The notes under the pieces: model-generated
What the model was told of the DNA's origin: nothing
Databases searched by the model: none
The model's input: only the letters and a program-made list of their open reading frames with translations
Translations under genes and position numbers: made by a program
Assembly (NCBI GenBank): GCA_002189035.1
Contig: NEEC01000026.1
Coordinates: forward strand, 1 to 64,000
Origin: Utricularia gibba
Lineage: Eukaryota > Plantae > Magnoliophyta
DNA length: 64,000 nt
Direction of reading: 5' to 3'
Shown here: positions 15,001 to 30,000 of the stretch, one piece after another
How the letters are laid out: every line of letters begins with the position of its first letter
How positions within the stretch are numbered: the stretch's first letter is position 1

Positions 15001-18000
15001 TGACTAGGTCGCACATCCTGGTCCACGAAGCACCTCTTCCAAAACATGCAGATCCTAACTCTTCATAGCACACCATTGGGAAGCCCGATTCGAGCTCCAA
15101 GTAGTATAATTTGGAGTTTCGTTTGTCCGATAACTGTGGACATATTAAAAACAAACCACAACGAAAAGTGTCTTACGTGTCCTTCCTTGGTGGCTGCGTT
15201 TAATATTGTGCTTCTCGTTCTCGAAATTGATGCAAAAAGATACACGGCAAAAGAATCAAATAGCCACTAGAGACATGGTGTATGGGAATGGTGCATCAAG
15301 AATCAGAAGTATCATGGCAACTAATTGAATCAATCAACAGCCAAAACATATGGTGTCAAACTTCATCGGATATGCGATCAAGATGGAAAAAAGTCACATG
15401 TTACATCATGAATTTCGTGGCATCACTTATCCCAACACTATTATACTCAGGTACGCAAATGTTTACTTTTAACGAATCCAGTGCACGTGTGATTTTTAGG
15501 CTGCACCCCGAATGGTGATGCGCAATGAAATGACTAGTCGCACATCCTGGTCCACGAAGCACCTCTTCCAAAACATGCAGATCCTAACTCTTCATAGCAC
15601 ACCATTGGGAAGCCCGATTCGAGCTCCAAGTAGTATAATTTGGAGTTTCGTTTGTCCGATAACTGTGGACATATTAAAAACAAACCACAACGAAAAGTGT
15701 CTTACGTGTCCTTCCTTGGTGGCTGCGTTTAATATTGTGCTTCTCGTTCTCGAAATTGATGCAAACAAGATACACGGCAAAAGAATCAAATAGCCACTAG
15801 AGACATGGTGTATGGGAATGGTGCATCAAGAATCAGAAGTATCATGGCAACTAATTGAATCAATCAACAGCCAAAACATATGGTGTCAAACTTCATCGGA
15901 TATGCGATCAAGATGGAAAAAAGTCACATGTTACATCATGAATTTCGTGGCATCACTTATCCCAACACTATTATACTCCAGGTACGCAAAAATGTTTACT
16001 TTTAACGAATCCAGTGCACGTGTGATTTTTAGGCTGCACCCGAATGGTGATGCGCAATGAAATGACTAGGTCGCACATCCTGGTCCACGAAGCACCTCTT
16101 CCAAAACATGCAGATCCTAACTCTTCATAGCACACCATTGGGAAGCCCGATTCGAGCTCCAAGTAGTATAATTTGGAGTTTCGTTTGTCCGATAACTGTG
16201 GACATATTAAAAACAAACCACAACGAAAAGTGTCTTACGTGTCCTTCCTTGGTGGCTGCGTTTAATATTGTGCTTCTCGTTCTCGAAATTGATGCAAACA
16301 AGATACACGGCAAAAGAATCAAATAGCCACTAGAGACATGGTGTATGGGAATGGTGCATCAAGAATCAGAAGTATCATGCAACTAATTGAATCAATCAAC
16401 AGCCAAAACATATGGTGTCAAACTTCATCGGATATGCGATCAAGATGGAAAAAAGTCACATGTTACATCATGAATTTCGTGGCATCACTTATCCCAACAC
16501 TATTATACTCCAGGTACGCAAAATGTTTACTTTTAACGAATCCAGTGCACGTGTGATTTTTAGGCTGCACCCCGAATGGTGATGCGCAATGAAATGACTA
16601 TGTCGCACATCCTGGTCCACGAAGCACCTCTTCCAAAACATGCAGATCCTAACTCTTCATAGCACACCATTGGGAAGCCCGATTCGAGCTCCAAGTAGTA
16701 TAATTTGGAGTTTCGTTTGTCCGATAACTGTGGACATATTAAAAACAAACCACAACGAAAAGTGTCTTACGTGTCCTTCCTTGGTGGCTGCGTTTAATAT
16801 TGTGCTTCTCGTTCTCGAAATTGATGCAAACAAGATACACGGCAAAAGAATCAAATAGCCACTAGAGACATGGTGTATGGGAATGGTGCATCAAGAATCA
16901 GAAGTATCATGGCAACTAATTGAATCAATCAACAGCCAAAACATATGGTGTCAAACTTCATCGGATATGCGATCAAGATGGAAAAAAGTCACATGTTACA
17001 TCATGAATTTCGTGGCATCACTTATCCCAACACTATTATACTCAGGTACGCAAAAATGTTTATTTTTAACGAATCCAGTGCACGTGTGATTTTTAGGCTG
17101 CACCCCGAATGGTGATGCGCAATGAAATGACTAGGTCGCACATCCTGGTCCACGAAGCACCTCTTCCAAAACATGCAGATCCTAACTCTTCATAGCACAC
17201 CATTGGGAAGCCCGATTCGAGCTCCAAGTAGTATAATTTGGAGTTTCGTTTGTCCGATAACTGTGGACATATTAAAAACAAACCACAACGAAAAGTGTCT
17301 TACGTGTCCTTCCTTGGTGGCTGCGTTTAATATTGTGCTTCTCGTTCTCGAAATTGATGCAAACAAGATACACGGCAAAAGAATCAAATAGCCACTAGAG
17401 ACATGGTGTATGGGAATGGTGCATCAAGAATCAGAAGTATCATGGCAACTAATTGAATCAATCAACAGCCAAAACATATGGTGTCAAACTTCATCGGATA
17501 TGCGATCAAGATGGAAAAAAGTCACATGTTACATCATGAATTTCGTGGCATCACTTATCCCAACACTATTATACTCCAGGTACGCAAAAATCGAATCCAG
17601 TGCACGTGTGATTTTTAGGCTGCACCCCGAATGGTGATGCGCAATGAAATGACTAGTCGCACATCCTGGTCCACGAAGCACCTCTTCCAAAACATGCAGA
17701 TCCTAACTCTTCATAGCACACCATTGGGAAGCCCGATTCGAGCTCCAAGTAGTATAATTTGGAGTTTCGTTTGTCCGATAACTGTGGACATATTAAAAAC
17801 AAACCACAACGAAAAGTGTCTTACGTGTCCTTCCTTGGTGGCTGCGTTTAATATTGTGCTTCTCGTTCTCGAAATTGATGCAAACAAGATACACGGCAAA
17901 AGAATCAAATAGCCACTAGAGACATGTGTATGGGAATGGTGCATCAAGAATCAGAAGTATCATGGCAACTAATTGAATCAATCAACAGCCAAAACATATG

Positions 18001-21000
18001 GTGTCAAACTTCATCGGATATGCGATCAAGATGGAAAAAAGTCACATGTTACATCATGAATTTCGTGGCATCACTTATCCCAACACTATTATACTCAGGT
18101 ATGCAAAATATTTATTTTTAACAATCCAGTGCACGTGTGATTTTTAGGCTGCACCCCGAATGGTGATGCGCAATGAAATGACTAGTCGCACATCCTGGTC
18201 CACGAAGCACCTCTTCCAAAACATGCAGATCCTAACTCTTCATAGCACACCATTGGGAAGCCCGATTCGAGCTCCAAGTAGTATAATTTGGAGTTTCGTT
18301 TGTCCGATAACTGTGGACATATTAAAAACAAACCACAACGAAAAGTGTCTTACGTGTCCTTCCTTGGTGGCTGCGTTTAATATTGTGCTTCTCGTTCTCG
18401 AAATTGATGCAAACAAGATACACGGCAAAAGAATCAAATAGCCACTAGAGACATGGTGTATGGGAATGGTGCATCAAGAATCAGAAGTATCATGGCAACT
18501 AATTGAATCAATCAACAGCCAAAACATATGGTGTCAAACTTCATCGGATATGCGATCAAGATGGAAAAAAGTCACATGTTACATCATGAATTTCGTGGCA
18601 TCACTTATCCCAACACTATTATACTCCAGGTACGCAAAAATGTTTACTTTTAACGAATCCAGTGCACGTGTGATTTTTAGGCTGCACCCCGAATGGTGAT
18701 GCGCAATGAAATGACTAGGTCGCACATCCTGGTCCACGAAGCACCTCTTCCAAAACATGCAGATCCTAACTCTTCATAGCACACCATTGGGAAGCCCGAT
18801 TCGAGCTCCAAGTAGTATAATTTGGAGTTTCGTTTGTCCGATAACTGTGGACATATTAAAAACAAACCACAACGAAAAGTGTCTTACGTGTCCTTCCTTG
18901 GTGGCTGCGTTTAATATTGTGCTTCTCGTTCTCGAAATTGATGCAAACAAGATACACGGCAAAAGAATCAAATAGCCACTAGAGACATGGTGTATGGGAA
19001 TGGTGCATCAAGAATCAGAAGTATCATGGCAACTAATTGAATCAATCAACAGCCAAAACATATGGTGTCAAACTTCATCGGATATGCGATCAAGATGGAA
19101 AAAAGTCACATGTTACATCATGAATTTCGTGGCATCACTTATCCCAACACTATTATACTCAGGTACGCTATTTACTTTTAACGAATCCAGTGCACGTGTG
19201 ATTTTTAGGCTGCACCCCGAATGGTGATGCGCAATGAAATGACTAGGTCGCACATCCTGGTCCACGAAGCACCTCTTCCAAAACATGCAGATCCTAACTC
19301 TTCATAGCACACCATTGGGAAGCCCGATTCGAGCTCCAAGTAGTATAATTTGGAGTTTCGTTTGTCCGATAACTGTGGACATATTAAAAACAAACCACAA
19401 CGAAAAGTGTCTTACGTGTCCTTCCTTGGTGGCTGCGTTTAATATTGTGCTTCTCGTTCTCGAAATTGATGCAAATGATACACGGCAAAAGAATCAAATA
19501 GCCACTAGAGACATGGTGTATGGGAATGGTGCATCAAGAATCAGAAGTATCATGGCAACTAATTGAATCAATCAACAGCCAAAACATATGGTGTCAAACT
19601 TCATCGGATATGCGATCAAGATGGAAAAAAGTCACATGTTACATCATGAATTTCGTGGCATCACTTATCCCAACACTATTATACTCAGGTACGCAAAAAT
19701 GTTTACTTTTAACGAATCCAGTGCACGTGTGATTTTTAGGCTGCACCCCGAATGGTGATGCGCAATGAAATGACTAGGTCGCACATCCTGGTCCACGAAG
19801 CACCTCTTCCAAAACATGCAGATCCTAACTCTTCATAGCACACCATTGGGAAGCCCGATTCGAGCTCCAAGTAGTATAATTTGGAGTTTCGTTTGTCCGA
19901 TAACTGTGGACATATTAAAAACAAACCACAACGAAAAGTGTCTTACGTGTCCTTCCTTGGTGGCTGCGTTTAATATTGTGCTTCTCGTTCTCGAAATTGA
20001 TGCAAAGATACACGGCAAAAGAATCAAATAGCCACTAGAGACATGGTGTATGGGAATGGTGCATCAAGAATCAGAAGTATCATGGCAACTAATTGAATCA
20101 ATCAACAGCCAAAACATATGGTGTCAAACTTCATCGGATATGCGATCAAGATGGAAAAAAGTCACATGTTACATCATGAATTTCGTGGCATCACTTATCC
20201 CAACACTTTATACTCAGGTACGCAAAAATATTTACTTTTAACAAATCCAGTGCACGTGTGATTTTTAGGCTGCACCCCGAATGGTGATGCGCAATGAAAT
20301 GACTAGGTCGCACATCCTGGTCCACGAAGCACCTCTTCCAAAACATGCAGATCCTAACTCTTCATAGCACACCATTGGGAAGCCCGATTCGAGCTCCAAG
20401 TAGTATAATTTGGAGTTTCGTTTGTCCGATAACTGTGGACATATTAAAAACAAACCACAACGAAAAGTGTCTTACGTGTCCTTCCTTGGTGGCTGCGTTT
20501 AATATTGTGCTTCTCGTTCTCGAAATTGATGCAAACAAGATACACGGCAAAAGAATCAAATAGCCACTAGAGACATGGTGTATGGGAATGGTGCATCAAG
20601 AATCAGAAGTATCATGGCAACTAATTGAATCAATCAACAGCCAAAACATATGGTGTCAAACTTCATCGGATATGCGATCAAGATGGAAAAAAGTCACATG
20701 TTACATCATGAATTTCGTGGCATCACTTATCCCAACACTATTATACTCAGGTACGCAAAAATTTTTTTTAACGAATCCAGTGCACGTGTGATTTTTAGGC
20801 TGCACCCCGAATGGTGATGCGCAATGAAATGACTAGTCGCACATCCTGGTCCACGAAGCACCTCTTCCAAAACATGCAGATCCTAACTCTTCATAGCACA
20901 CCATTGGGAAGCCCGATTCGAGCTCCAAGTAGTATAATTTGGAGTTTCGTTTGTCCGATAACTGTGGACATATTAAAAACAAACCACAACGAAAAGTGTC

Positions 21001-24000
21001 TTACGTGTCCTTCCTTGGTGGCTGCGTTTAATATTGTGCTTCTCGTTCTCGAAATTGATGCAAAGATACACGGCAAAAGAATCAAATAGCCACTAGAGAC
21101 ATGGTGTATGGGAATGGTGCATCAAGAATCAGAAGTATCATGGCAACTAATTGAATCAATCAACAGCCAAAACATATGGTGTCAAACTTCATCGGATATG
21201 CGATCAAGATGGAAAAAAGTCACATGTTACATCATGAATTTCGTGGCATCACTTATCCCAACACTATTATACTCAGGTACGCAAAAATGTTTACTTTTAA
21301 CGAATCCAGTGCACGTGTGATTTTTAGGCTGCACCCCGAATGGTGATGCGCAATGAAATGACTAGTCGCACATCCTGGTCCACGAAGCACCTCTTCCAAA
21401 ACATGCAGATCCTAACTCTTCATAGCACACCATTGGGAAGCCCGATTCGAGCTCCAAGTAGTATAATTTGGAGTTTCGTTTGTCCGATAACTGTGGACAT
21501 ATTAAAAACAAACCACAACGAAAAGTGTCTTACGTGTCCTTCCTTGGTGGCTGCGTTTAATATTGTGCTTCTCGTTCTCGAAATTGATGCAAAAGATACA
21601 CGGCAAAAGAATCAAATAGCCACTAGAGACATGGTGTATGGGAATGGTGCATCAAGAATCAGAAGTATCATGCAACTAATTGAATCAATCAACAGCCAAA
21701 ACATATGGTGTCAAACTTCATCGGATATGCGATCAAGATGGAAAAAAGTCACATGTTACATCATGAATTTCGTGGCATCACTTATCCCAACACTATTATA
21801 CTCCAGGTACGCAAAAATGTTTACTTTTAACGAATCCAGTGCACGTGTGATTTTTAGGCTGCACCCCGAATGGTGATGCGCAATGAAATGACTAGGTCGC
21901 ACATCCTGGTCCACGAAGCACCTCTTCCAAAACATGCAGATCCTAACTCTTCATAGCACACCATTGGGAAGCCCGATTCGAGCTCCAAGTAGTATAATTT
22001 GGAGTTTCGTTTGTCCGATAACTGTGGACATATTAAAAACAAACCACAACGAAAAGTGTCTTACGTGTCCTTCCTTGGTGGCTGCGTTTAATATTGTGCT
22101 TCTCGTTCTCGAAATTGATGCAAACAAGATACACGGCAAAAGAATCAAATAGCCACTAGAGACATGGTGTATGGGAATGGTGCATCAAGAATCAGAAGTA
22201 TCATGGCAACTAATTGAATCAATCAACAGCCAAAACATATGGTGTCAAACTTCATCGGATATGCGATCAAGATGGAAAAAAGTCACATGTTACATCATGA
22301 ATTTCGTGGCATCACTTATCCCAACACTATTATACTCCAGGTACGCAAAAATGTTTACTTTTAACGAATCCAGTGCACGTGTGATTTTTAGGCTGCACCC
22401 CGAATGGTGATGCGCAATGAAATGACTAGGTCGCACATCCTGGTCCACGAAGCACCTCTTCCAAAACATGCAGATCCTAACTCTTCATAGCACACCATTG
22501 GGAAGCCCGATTCGAGCTCCAAGTAGTATAATTTGGAGTTTCGTTTGTCCGATAACTGTGGACATATTAAAAACAAACCACAACGAAAAGTGTCTTACGT
22601 GTCCTTCCTTGGTGGCTGCGTTTAATATTGTGCTTCTCGTTCTCGAAATTGATGCAAAAGATACACGGCAAAAGAATCAAATAGCCACTAGAGACATGGT
22701 GTATGGGAATGGTGCATCAAGAATCAGAAGTATCATAGCAACTAATTGAATCAATCAACAGCCAAAACATATGGTGTCAAACTTCATCGGATATGCGATC
22801 AAGATGGAAAAAAGTCACATGTTACATCATGAATTTCGTGGCATCACTTATCCCAACACTATTATACTCAGGTACGCAAAAATGTTTACTTTTAACGAAT
22901 CCAGTGCACGTGTGATTTTTAGGCTGCACCCCGAATGGTGATGCGCAATGAAATGACTAGGTCGCACATCCTGGTCCACGAAGCACCTCTTCCAAAACAT
23001 GCAGATCCTAACTCTTCATAGCACACCATTGGGAAGCCCGATTCGAGCTCCAAGTAGTATAATTTGGAGTTTCGTTTGTCCGATAACTGTGGACATATTA
23101 AAAACAAACCACAACGAAAAGTGTCTTACGTGTCCTTCCTTGGTGGCTGCGTTTAATATTGTGCTTCTCGTTCTCGAAATTGATGCAAACAAGATACACG
23201 GCAAAAGAATCAAATAGCCACTAGAGACATGGTGTATGGGAATGGTGCATCAAGAATCAGAAGTATCATGGCAACTAATTGAATCAATCAACAGCCAAAA
23301 CATATGGTGTCAAACTTCATCGGATATGCGATCAAGATGGAAAAAAGTCACATGTTACATCATGAATTTCGTGGCATCACTTATCCCAACACTATTTATA
23401 CTCAGGTACGCAAAATGTTTACTTTTAACGAATCCAGTGCACGTGTGATTTTTAGGCTGCACCCCGAATGGTGATGCGCAATGAAATGACTAGTCGCACA
23501 TCCTGGTCCACGAAGCACCTCTTCCAAAACATGCAGATCCTAACTCTTCATAGCACACCATTGGGAAGCCCGATTCGAGCTCCAAGTAGTATAATTTGGA
23601 GTTTCGTTTGTCCGATAACTGTGGACATATTAAAAACAAACCACAACGAAAAGTGTCTTACGTGTCCTTCCTTGGTGGCTGCGTTTAATATTGTGCTTCT
23701 CGTTCTCGAAATTGATGCAAACAAGATACACGGCAAAAGAATCAAATAGCCACTAGAGACATGGTGTATGGGAATGGTGCATCAAGAATCAGAAGTATCA
23801 TGGCAACTAATTGAATCAATCAACAGCCAAAACATATGGTGTCAAACTTCATCGGATATGCGATCAAGATGGAAAAAAGTCACATGTTACATCATGAATT
23901 TCGTGGCATCACTTATCCCAACACTATTATACTCCAGGTACGCAAAAATGTTTACTTTTAACGAATCCAGTGCACGTGTGATTTTTAGGCTGCACCCCGA

Positions 24001-27000
24001 ATGGTGATGCGCAATGAAATGACTAGGTCGCACATCCTGGTCCACGAAGCACCTCTTCCAAAACATGCAGATCCTAACTCTTCATAGCACACCATTGGGA
24101 AGCCCGATTCGAGCTCCAAGTAGTATAATTTGGAGTTTCGTTTGTCCGATAACTGTGGACATATTAAAAACAAACCACAACGAAAAGTGTCTTACGTGTC
24201 CTTCCTTGGTGGCTGCGTTTAATATTGTGCTTCTCGTTCTCGAAATTGATGCAAAAGATACACGGCAAAAGAATCAAATAGCCACTAGAGACATGGTGTA
24301 TGGGAATGGTGCATCAAGAATCAGAAGTATCATGGCAACTAATTGAATCAATCAACAGCCAAAACATATGGTGTCAAACTTCATCGGATATGCGATCAAG
24401 ATGGAAAAAAGTCACATGTTACATCATGAATTTCGTGGCATCACTTATCCCAACACTTTATACTCCAGGTACGCAAAAATGTTTACTTTTAACGAATCCA
24501 GTGCACGTGTGATTTTTAGGCTGCACCCCGAATGGTGATGCGCAATGAAATGACTAGTCGCACATCCTGGTCCACGAAGCACCTCTTCCAAAACATGCAG
24601 ATCCTAACTCTTCATAGCACACCATTGGGAAGCCCGATTCGAGCTCCAAGTAGTATAATTTGGAGTTTCGTTTGTCCGATAACTGTGGACATATTAAAAA
24701 CAAACCACAACGAAAAGTGTCTTACGTGTCCTTCCTTGGTGGCTGCGTTTAATATTGTGCTTCTCGTTCTCGAAATTGATGCAAAAGATACACGGCAAAA
24801 GAATCAAATAGCCACTAGAGACATGGTGTATGGGAATGGTGCATCAAGAATCAGAAGTATCATAGCAACTAATTGAATCAATCAACAGCCAAAACATATG
24901 GTGTCAAACTTCATCGGATATGCGATCAAGATGGAAAAAAGTCACATGTTACATCATGAATTTCGTGGCATCACTTATCCCAACACTATTATACTCCAGG
25001 TACGCAAAAATGTTTACTTTTAACGAATCCAGTGCACGTGTGATTTTTAGGCTGCACCCCGAATGGTGATGCGCAATGAAATGACTAGGTCGCACATCCT
25101 GGTCCACGAAGCACCTCTTCCAAAACATGCAGATCCTAACTCTTCATAGCACACCATTGGGAAGCCCGATTCGAGCTCCAAGTAGTATAATTTGGAGTTT
25201 CGTTTGTCCGATAACTGTGGACATATTAAAAACAAACCACAACGAAAAGTGTCTTACGTGTCCTTCCTTGGTGGCTGCGTTTAATATTGTGCTTCTCGTT
25301 CTCGAAATTGATGCAAATGGGATACACGGCAAAAGAATCAAATAGCCACTAGAGACATGGTGTATGGGAATGGTGCATCAAGAATCAGAAGTATCATAGC
25401 AACTAATTGCATCAATCAACAGCCAAAACATATGGTGTCAAACTTCATCGGATATGCGATCAAGATGGAAAAAAGTCACATGTTACATCATGAATTTCGT
25501 GGCATCACTTATCCCAACACTGTTGTATACTCAGGTACGCGTAAAATTTATTTTTAACAAATCCAGTGCACGTGTGATTTTTAGGCTGCACCCCGAATGG
25601 TGATGCGCAATGAAATGACTAGGTCGCACATCCTGGTCCACGAAGCACCTCTTCCAAAACATGCAGATCCTAACTCTTCATAGCACACCATTGGGAAGCC
25701 CGATTCGAGCTCCAAGTAGTATAATTTGGAGTTTCGTTTGTCCGATAACTGTGGACATATTAAAAACAAACCACAACGAAAAGTGTCTTACGTGTCCTTC
25801 CTTGGTGGCTGCGTTTAATATTGTGCTTCTCGTTCTCGAAATTGATGCAAGCAAGATACACGGCAAAAGAATCAAATAGCCACTAGAGACATGGTGTATG
25901 GGAATGGTGCATCAAGAATCAGAAGTATCATGCAACTAATTGAATCAATCAACAGCCAAAACATATGGTGTCAAACTTCATCGGATATGCGATCAAGATG
26001 GAAAAAAGTCACATGTTACATCATGAATTTCGTGGCATCACTTATCCCAACACTATTATACTCCAGGTACGCAAAAATGTTTACTTTTAACGAATCCAGT
26101 GCACGTGTGATTTTTAGGCTGCACCCCGAATGGTGATGCGCAATGAAATGACTAGTCGCACATCCTGGTCCACGAAGCACCTCTTCCAAAACATGCAGAT
26201 CCTAACTCTTCATAGCACACCATTGGGAAGCCCGATTCGAGCTCCAAGTAGTATAATTTGGAGTTTCGTTTGTCCGATAACTGTGGACATATTAAAAACA
26301 AACCACAACGAAAAGTGTCTTACGTGTCCTTCCTTGGTGGCTGCGTTTAATATTGTGCTTCTCGTTCTCGAAATTGATGCAAAGATACACGGCAAAAGAA
26401 TCAAATAGCCACTAGAGACATGGTGTATGGGAATGGTGCATCAAGAATCAGAAGTATCATGGCAACTAATTGAATCAATCAACAGCCAAAACATATGGTG
26501 TCAAACTTCATCGGATATGCGATCAAGATGGAAAAAAGTCACATGTTACATCATGAATTTCGTGGCATCACTTATCCCAACACTATTATACTCAGGTACG
26601 CAAATATTTACTTTTAACGAATCCAGTGCACGTGTGATTTTTAGGCTGCACCCCGAATGGTGATGCGCAATGAAATGACTAGGTCGCACATCCTGGTCCA
26701 CGAAGCACCTCTTCCAAAACATGCAGATCCTAACTCTTCATAGCACACCATTGGGAAGCCCGATTCGAGCTCCAAGTAGTATAATTTGGAGTTTCGTTTG
26801 TCCGATAACTGTGGACATATTAAAAACAAACCACAACGAAAAGTGTCTTACGTGTCCTTCCTTGGTGGCTGCGTTTAATATTGTGCTTCTCGTTCTCGAA
26901 ATTGATGCAAACAAGATACACGGCAAAAGAATCAAATAGCCACTAGAGACATGGTGTATGGGAATGGTGCATCAAGAATCAGAAGTATCATGGCAACTAA

Positions 27001-30000
27001 TTGAATCAATCAACAGCCAAAACATATGGTGTCAAACTTCATCGGATATGCGATCAAGATGGAAAAAAGTCACATGTTACATCATGAATTTCGTGGCATC
27101 ACTTATCCCAACACTATTATACTCCAGGTACGCAAAAATGTTTACTTTTAACGAATCCAGTGCACGTGTGATTTTTAGGCTGCACCCCGAATGGTGATGC
27201 GCAATGAAATGACTAGGTCGCACATCCTGGTCCACGAAGCACCTCTTCCAAAACATGCAGATCCTAACTCTTCATAGCACACCATTGGGAAGCCCGATTC
27301 GAGCTCCAAGTAGTATAATTTGGAGTTTCGTTTGTCCGATAACTGTGGACATATTAAAAACAAACCACAACGAAAAGTGTCTTACGTGTCCTTCCTTGGT
27401 GGCTGCGTTTAATATTGTGCTTCTCGTTCTCGAAATTGATGCAAAAGATACACGGCAAAAGAATCAAATAGCCACTAGAGACATGGTGTAAGGGAATGGT
27501 GCATCAAGAATCAGAAGTATCATGCAACTAATTGTCAATCAACAGCCAAAACATATGGTGTCAAACTTCATCGGATATGCGATCAAGATGGAAAAAAGTC
27601 ACATGTTACATCATGAATTTCGTGGCATCACTTAGATACTCAGGTATCAACAGTGCACGTGTGATTTTTAGGCTGCACCCCGAATGGTGATGCGCAATGA
27701 AATGACTAGTCGCACATCCTGGTCCACGAAGCACCTCTTCCAAAACATGCAGATCCTAACTCTTCATAGCACACCATTGGGAAGCCCGATTCGAGCTCCA
27801 AGTAGTATAATTTGGAGTTTCATAACTGTGGACATATTAAAAACAAACCACAACGGTGTCTTACGTGTCCTTCCTTGGTGGCTGCGTTTAATATTGTGCT
27901 TCTCGTTCTCGAAATTGATGCAAACAAGATACACGGCAAAAGAATCAAATAGCCACTAGAGACATGGTGTAAATGGTGCATCAAGAATCAGAAGTATCAT
28001 CAACTAATTGATCAATCAACAACACTTCATTATAGGCACGCAAAAATGTTTACTTGAACCAGTGCACGTGTGATTTTTAGGCTGCACCCCGAATGGTGAT
28101 GCGCAATGAAATGACTAGGTCGCACATCCTGGTCCACGAAGCACCTCTTCCAAAACATGCAGATCCTAACTCTTCATAGCACACCATTGGGAAGCCCGAT
28201 TCGAGCTCCAAGTAGTATAATTTGGAGTTCGAGCTCCAAGTAGTATAATTTGGAGTTTCGTTTGTCGATAACTGTGGACATATTAAAAACAAACCACAAC
28301 GAAAAGTGTCTTACGTGTCCTTCCTTGGTGGCTGCGTTTAATATTGTGCTTCTCGTTCTCGAAATTGATGCAAACAAGATACACGGCAAAAGAATCAAAT
28401 AGCCACTAGAGACATGGTGTATGGGAATGGTGCATCAAGAATCAGAAGTATCATGGCAACTAATTGAATCAATCAACAGCCAAAACATATGGTGTCAAAC
28501 TTCATCGGATATGCGATCAAGATGGAAAAAAGTCACATGTTACATCATGAATTTCGTGGCATCACTTATCCCAACACTATTATACTCCAGGTACGCAAAA
28601 ATGTTTACTTTTAACGAATCCAGTGCACGTGTGATTTTTAGGCTGCACCCCGAATGGTGATGCGCAATGAAATGACTAGGTCGCACATCCTGGTCCACGA
28701 AGCACCTCTTCCAAAACATGCAGATCCTAACTCTTCATAGCACACCATTGGGAAGCCCGATTCGAGCTCCAAGTAGTATAATTTGGAGTTTCGTTTGTCC
28801 GATAACTGTGGACATATTAAAAACAAACCACAACGAAAAGTGTCTTACGTGTCCTTCCTTGGTGGCTGCGTTTAATATTGTGCTTCTCGTTCTCGAAATT
28901 GATGCAAACAAGATACACGGAAAAAGAATCAAATAGCCACTAGAGACATGGTGTATGGGAATGGTGCATCAAGAATCAGAAGTATCATGCAACTAATTGA
29001 ATCAATCAACAGCCAAAACATATGGTGTCAAACTTCATCGGATATGCGATCAAGATGGAAAAAAGTCACATGTTACATCATGAATTTCGTGGCATCACTT
29101 ATCCCAACACTATTATACTCCAGGTACGCAAAAATGTTTACTTTTAACGAATCCAGTGCACGTGTGATTTTTAGGCTGCACCCCGAATGGTGATGCGCAA
29201 TGAAATGACTAGGTCGCACATCCTGGTCCACGAAGCACCTCTTCCAAAACATGCAGATCCTAACTCTTCATAGCACACCATTGGGAAGCCCGATTCGAGC
29301 TCCAAGTAGTATAATTTGGAGTTTCGTTTGTCCGATAACTGTGGACATATTAAAAACAAACCACAACGAAAAGTGTCTTACGTGTCCTTCCTTGGTGGCT
29401 GCGTTTAATATTGTGCTTCTCGTTCTCGAAATTGATGCAACAAGATACACGGCAAAAGAATCAAATAGCCACTAGAGACATGGTGTATGGGAATGGTGCA
29501 TCAAGAATCAGAAGTATCATAGCAACTAATTGAATCAATCAACAGCCAAAACATATGGTGTCAAACTTCATCGGATATGCGATCAAGATGGAAAAAAGTC
29601 ACATGTTACATCATGAATTTCGTGGCATCACTTATCCCAACACTATTATACTCAGGTACGCAAAATGTTTACTTTTAACGAATCCAGTGCACGTGTGATT
29701 TTTAGGCTGCACCCCGAATGGTGATGCGCAATGAAATGACTAGGTCGCACATCCTGGTCCACGAAGCACCTCTTCCAAAACATGCAGATCCTAACTCTTC
29801 ATAGCACACCATTGGGAAGCCCGATTCGAGCTCCAAGTAGTATAATTTGGAGTTTCGTTTGTCCGATAACTGTGGACATATTAAAAACAAACCACAACGA
29901 AAAGTGTCTTACGTGTCCTTCCTTGGTGGCTGCGTTTAATATTGTGCTTCTCGTTCTCGAAATTGATGCAAACAAGATACACGGCAAAAGAATCAAATAG

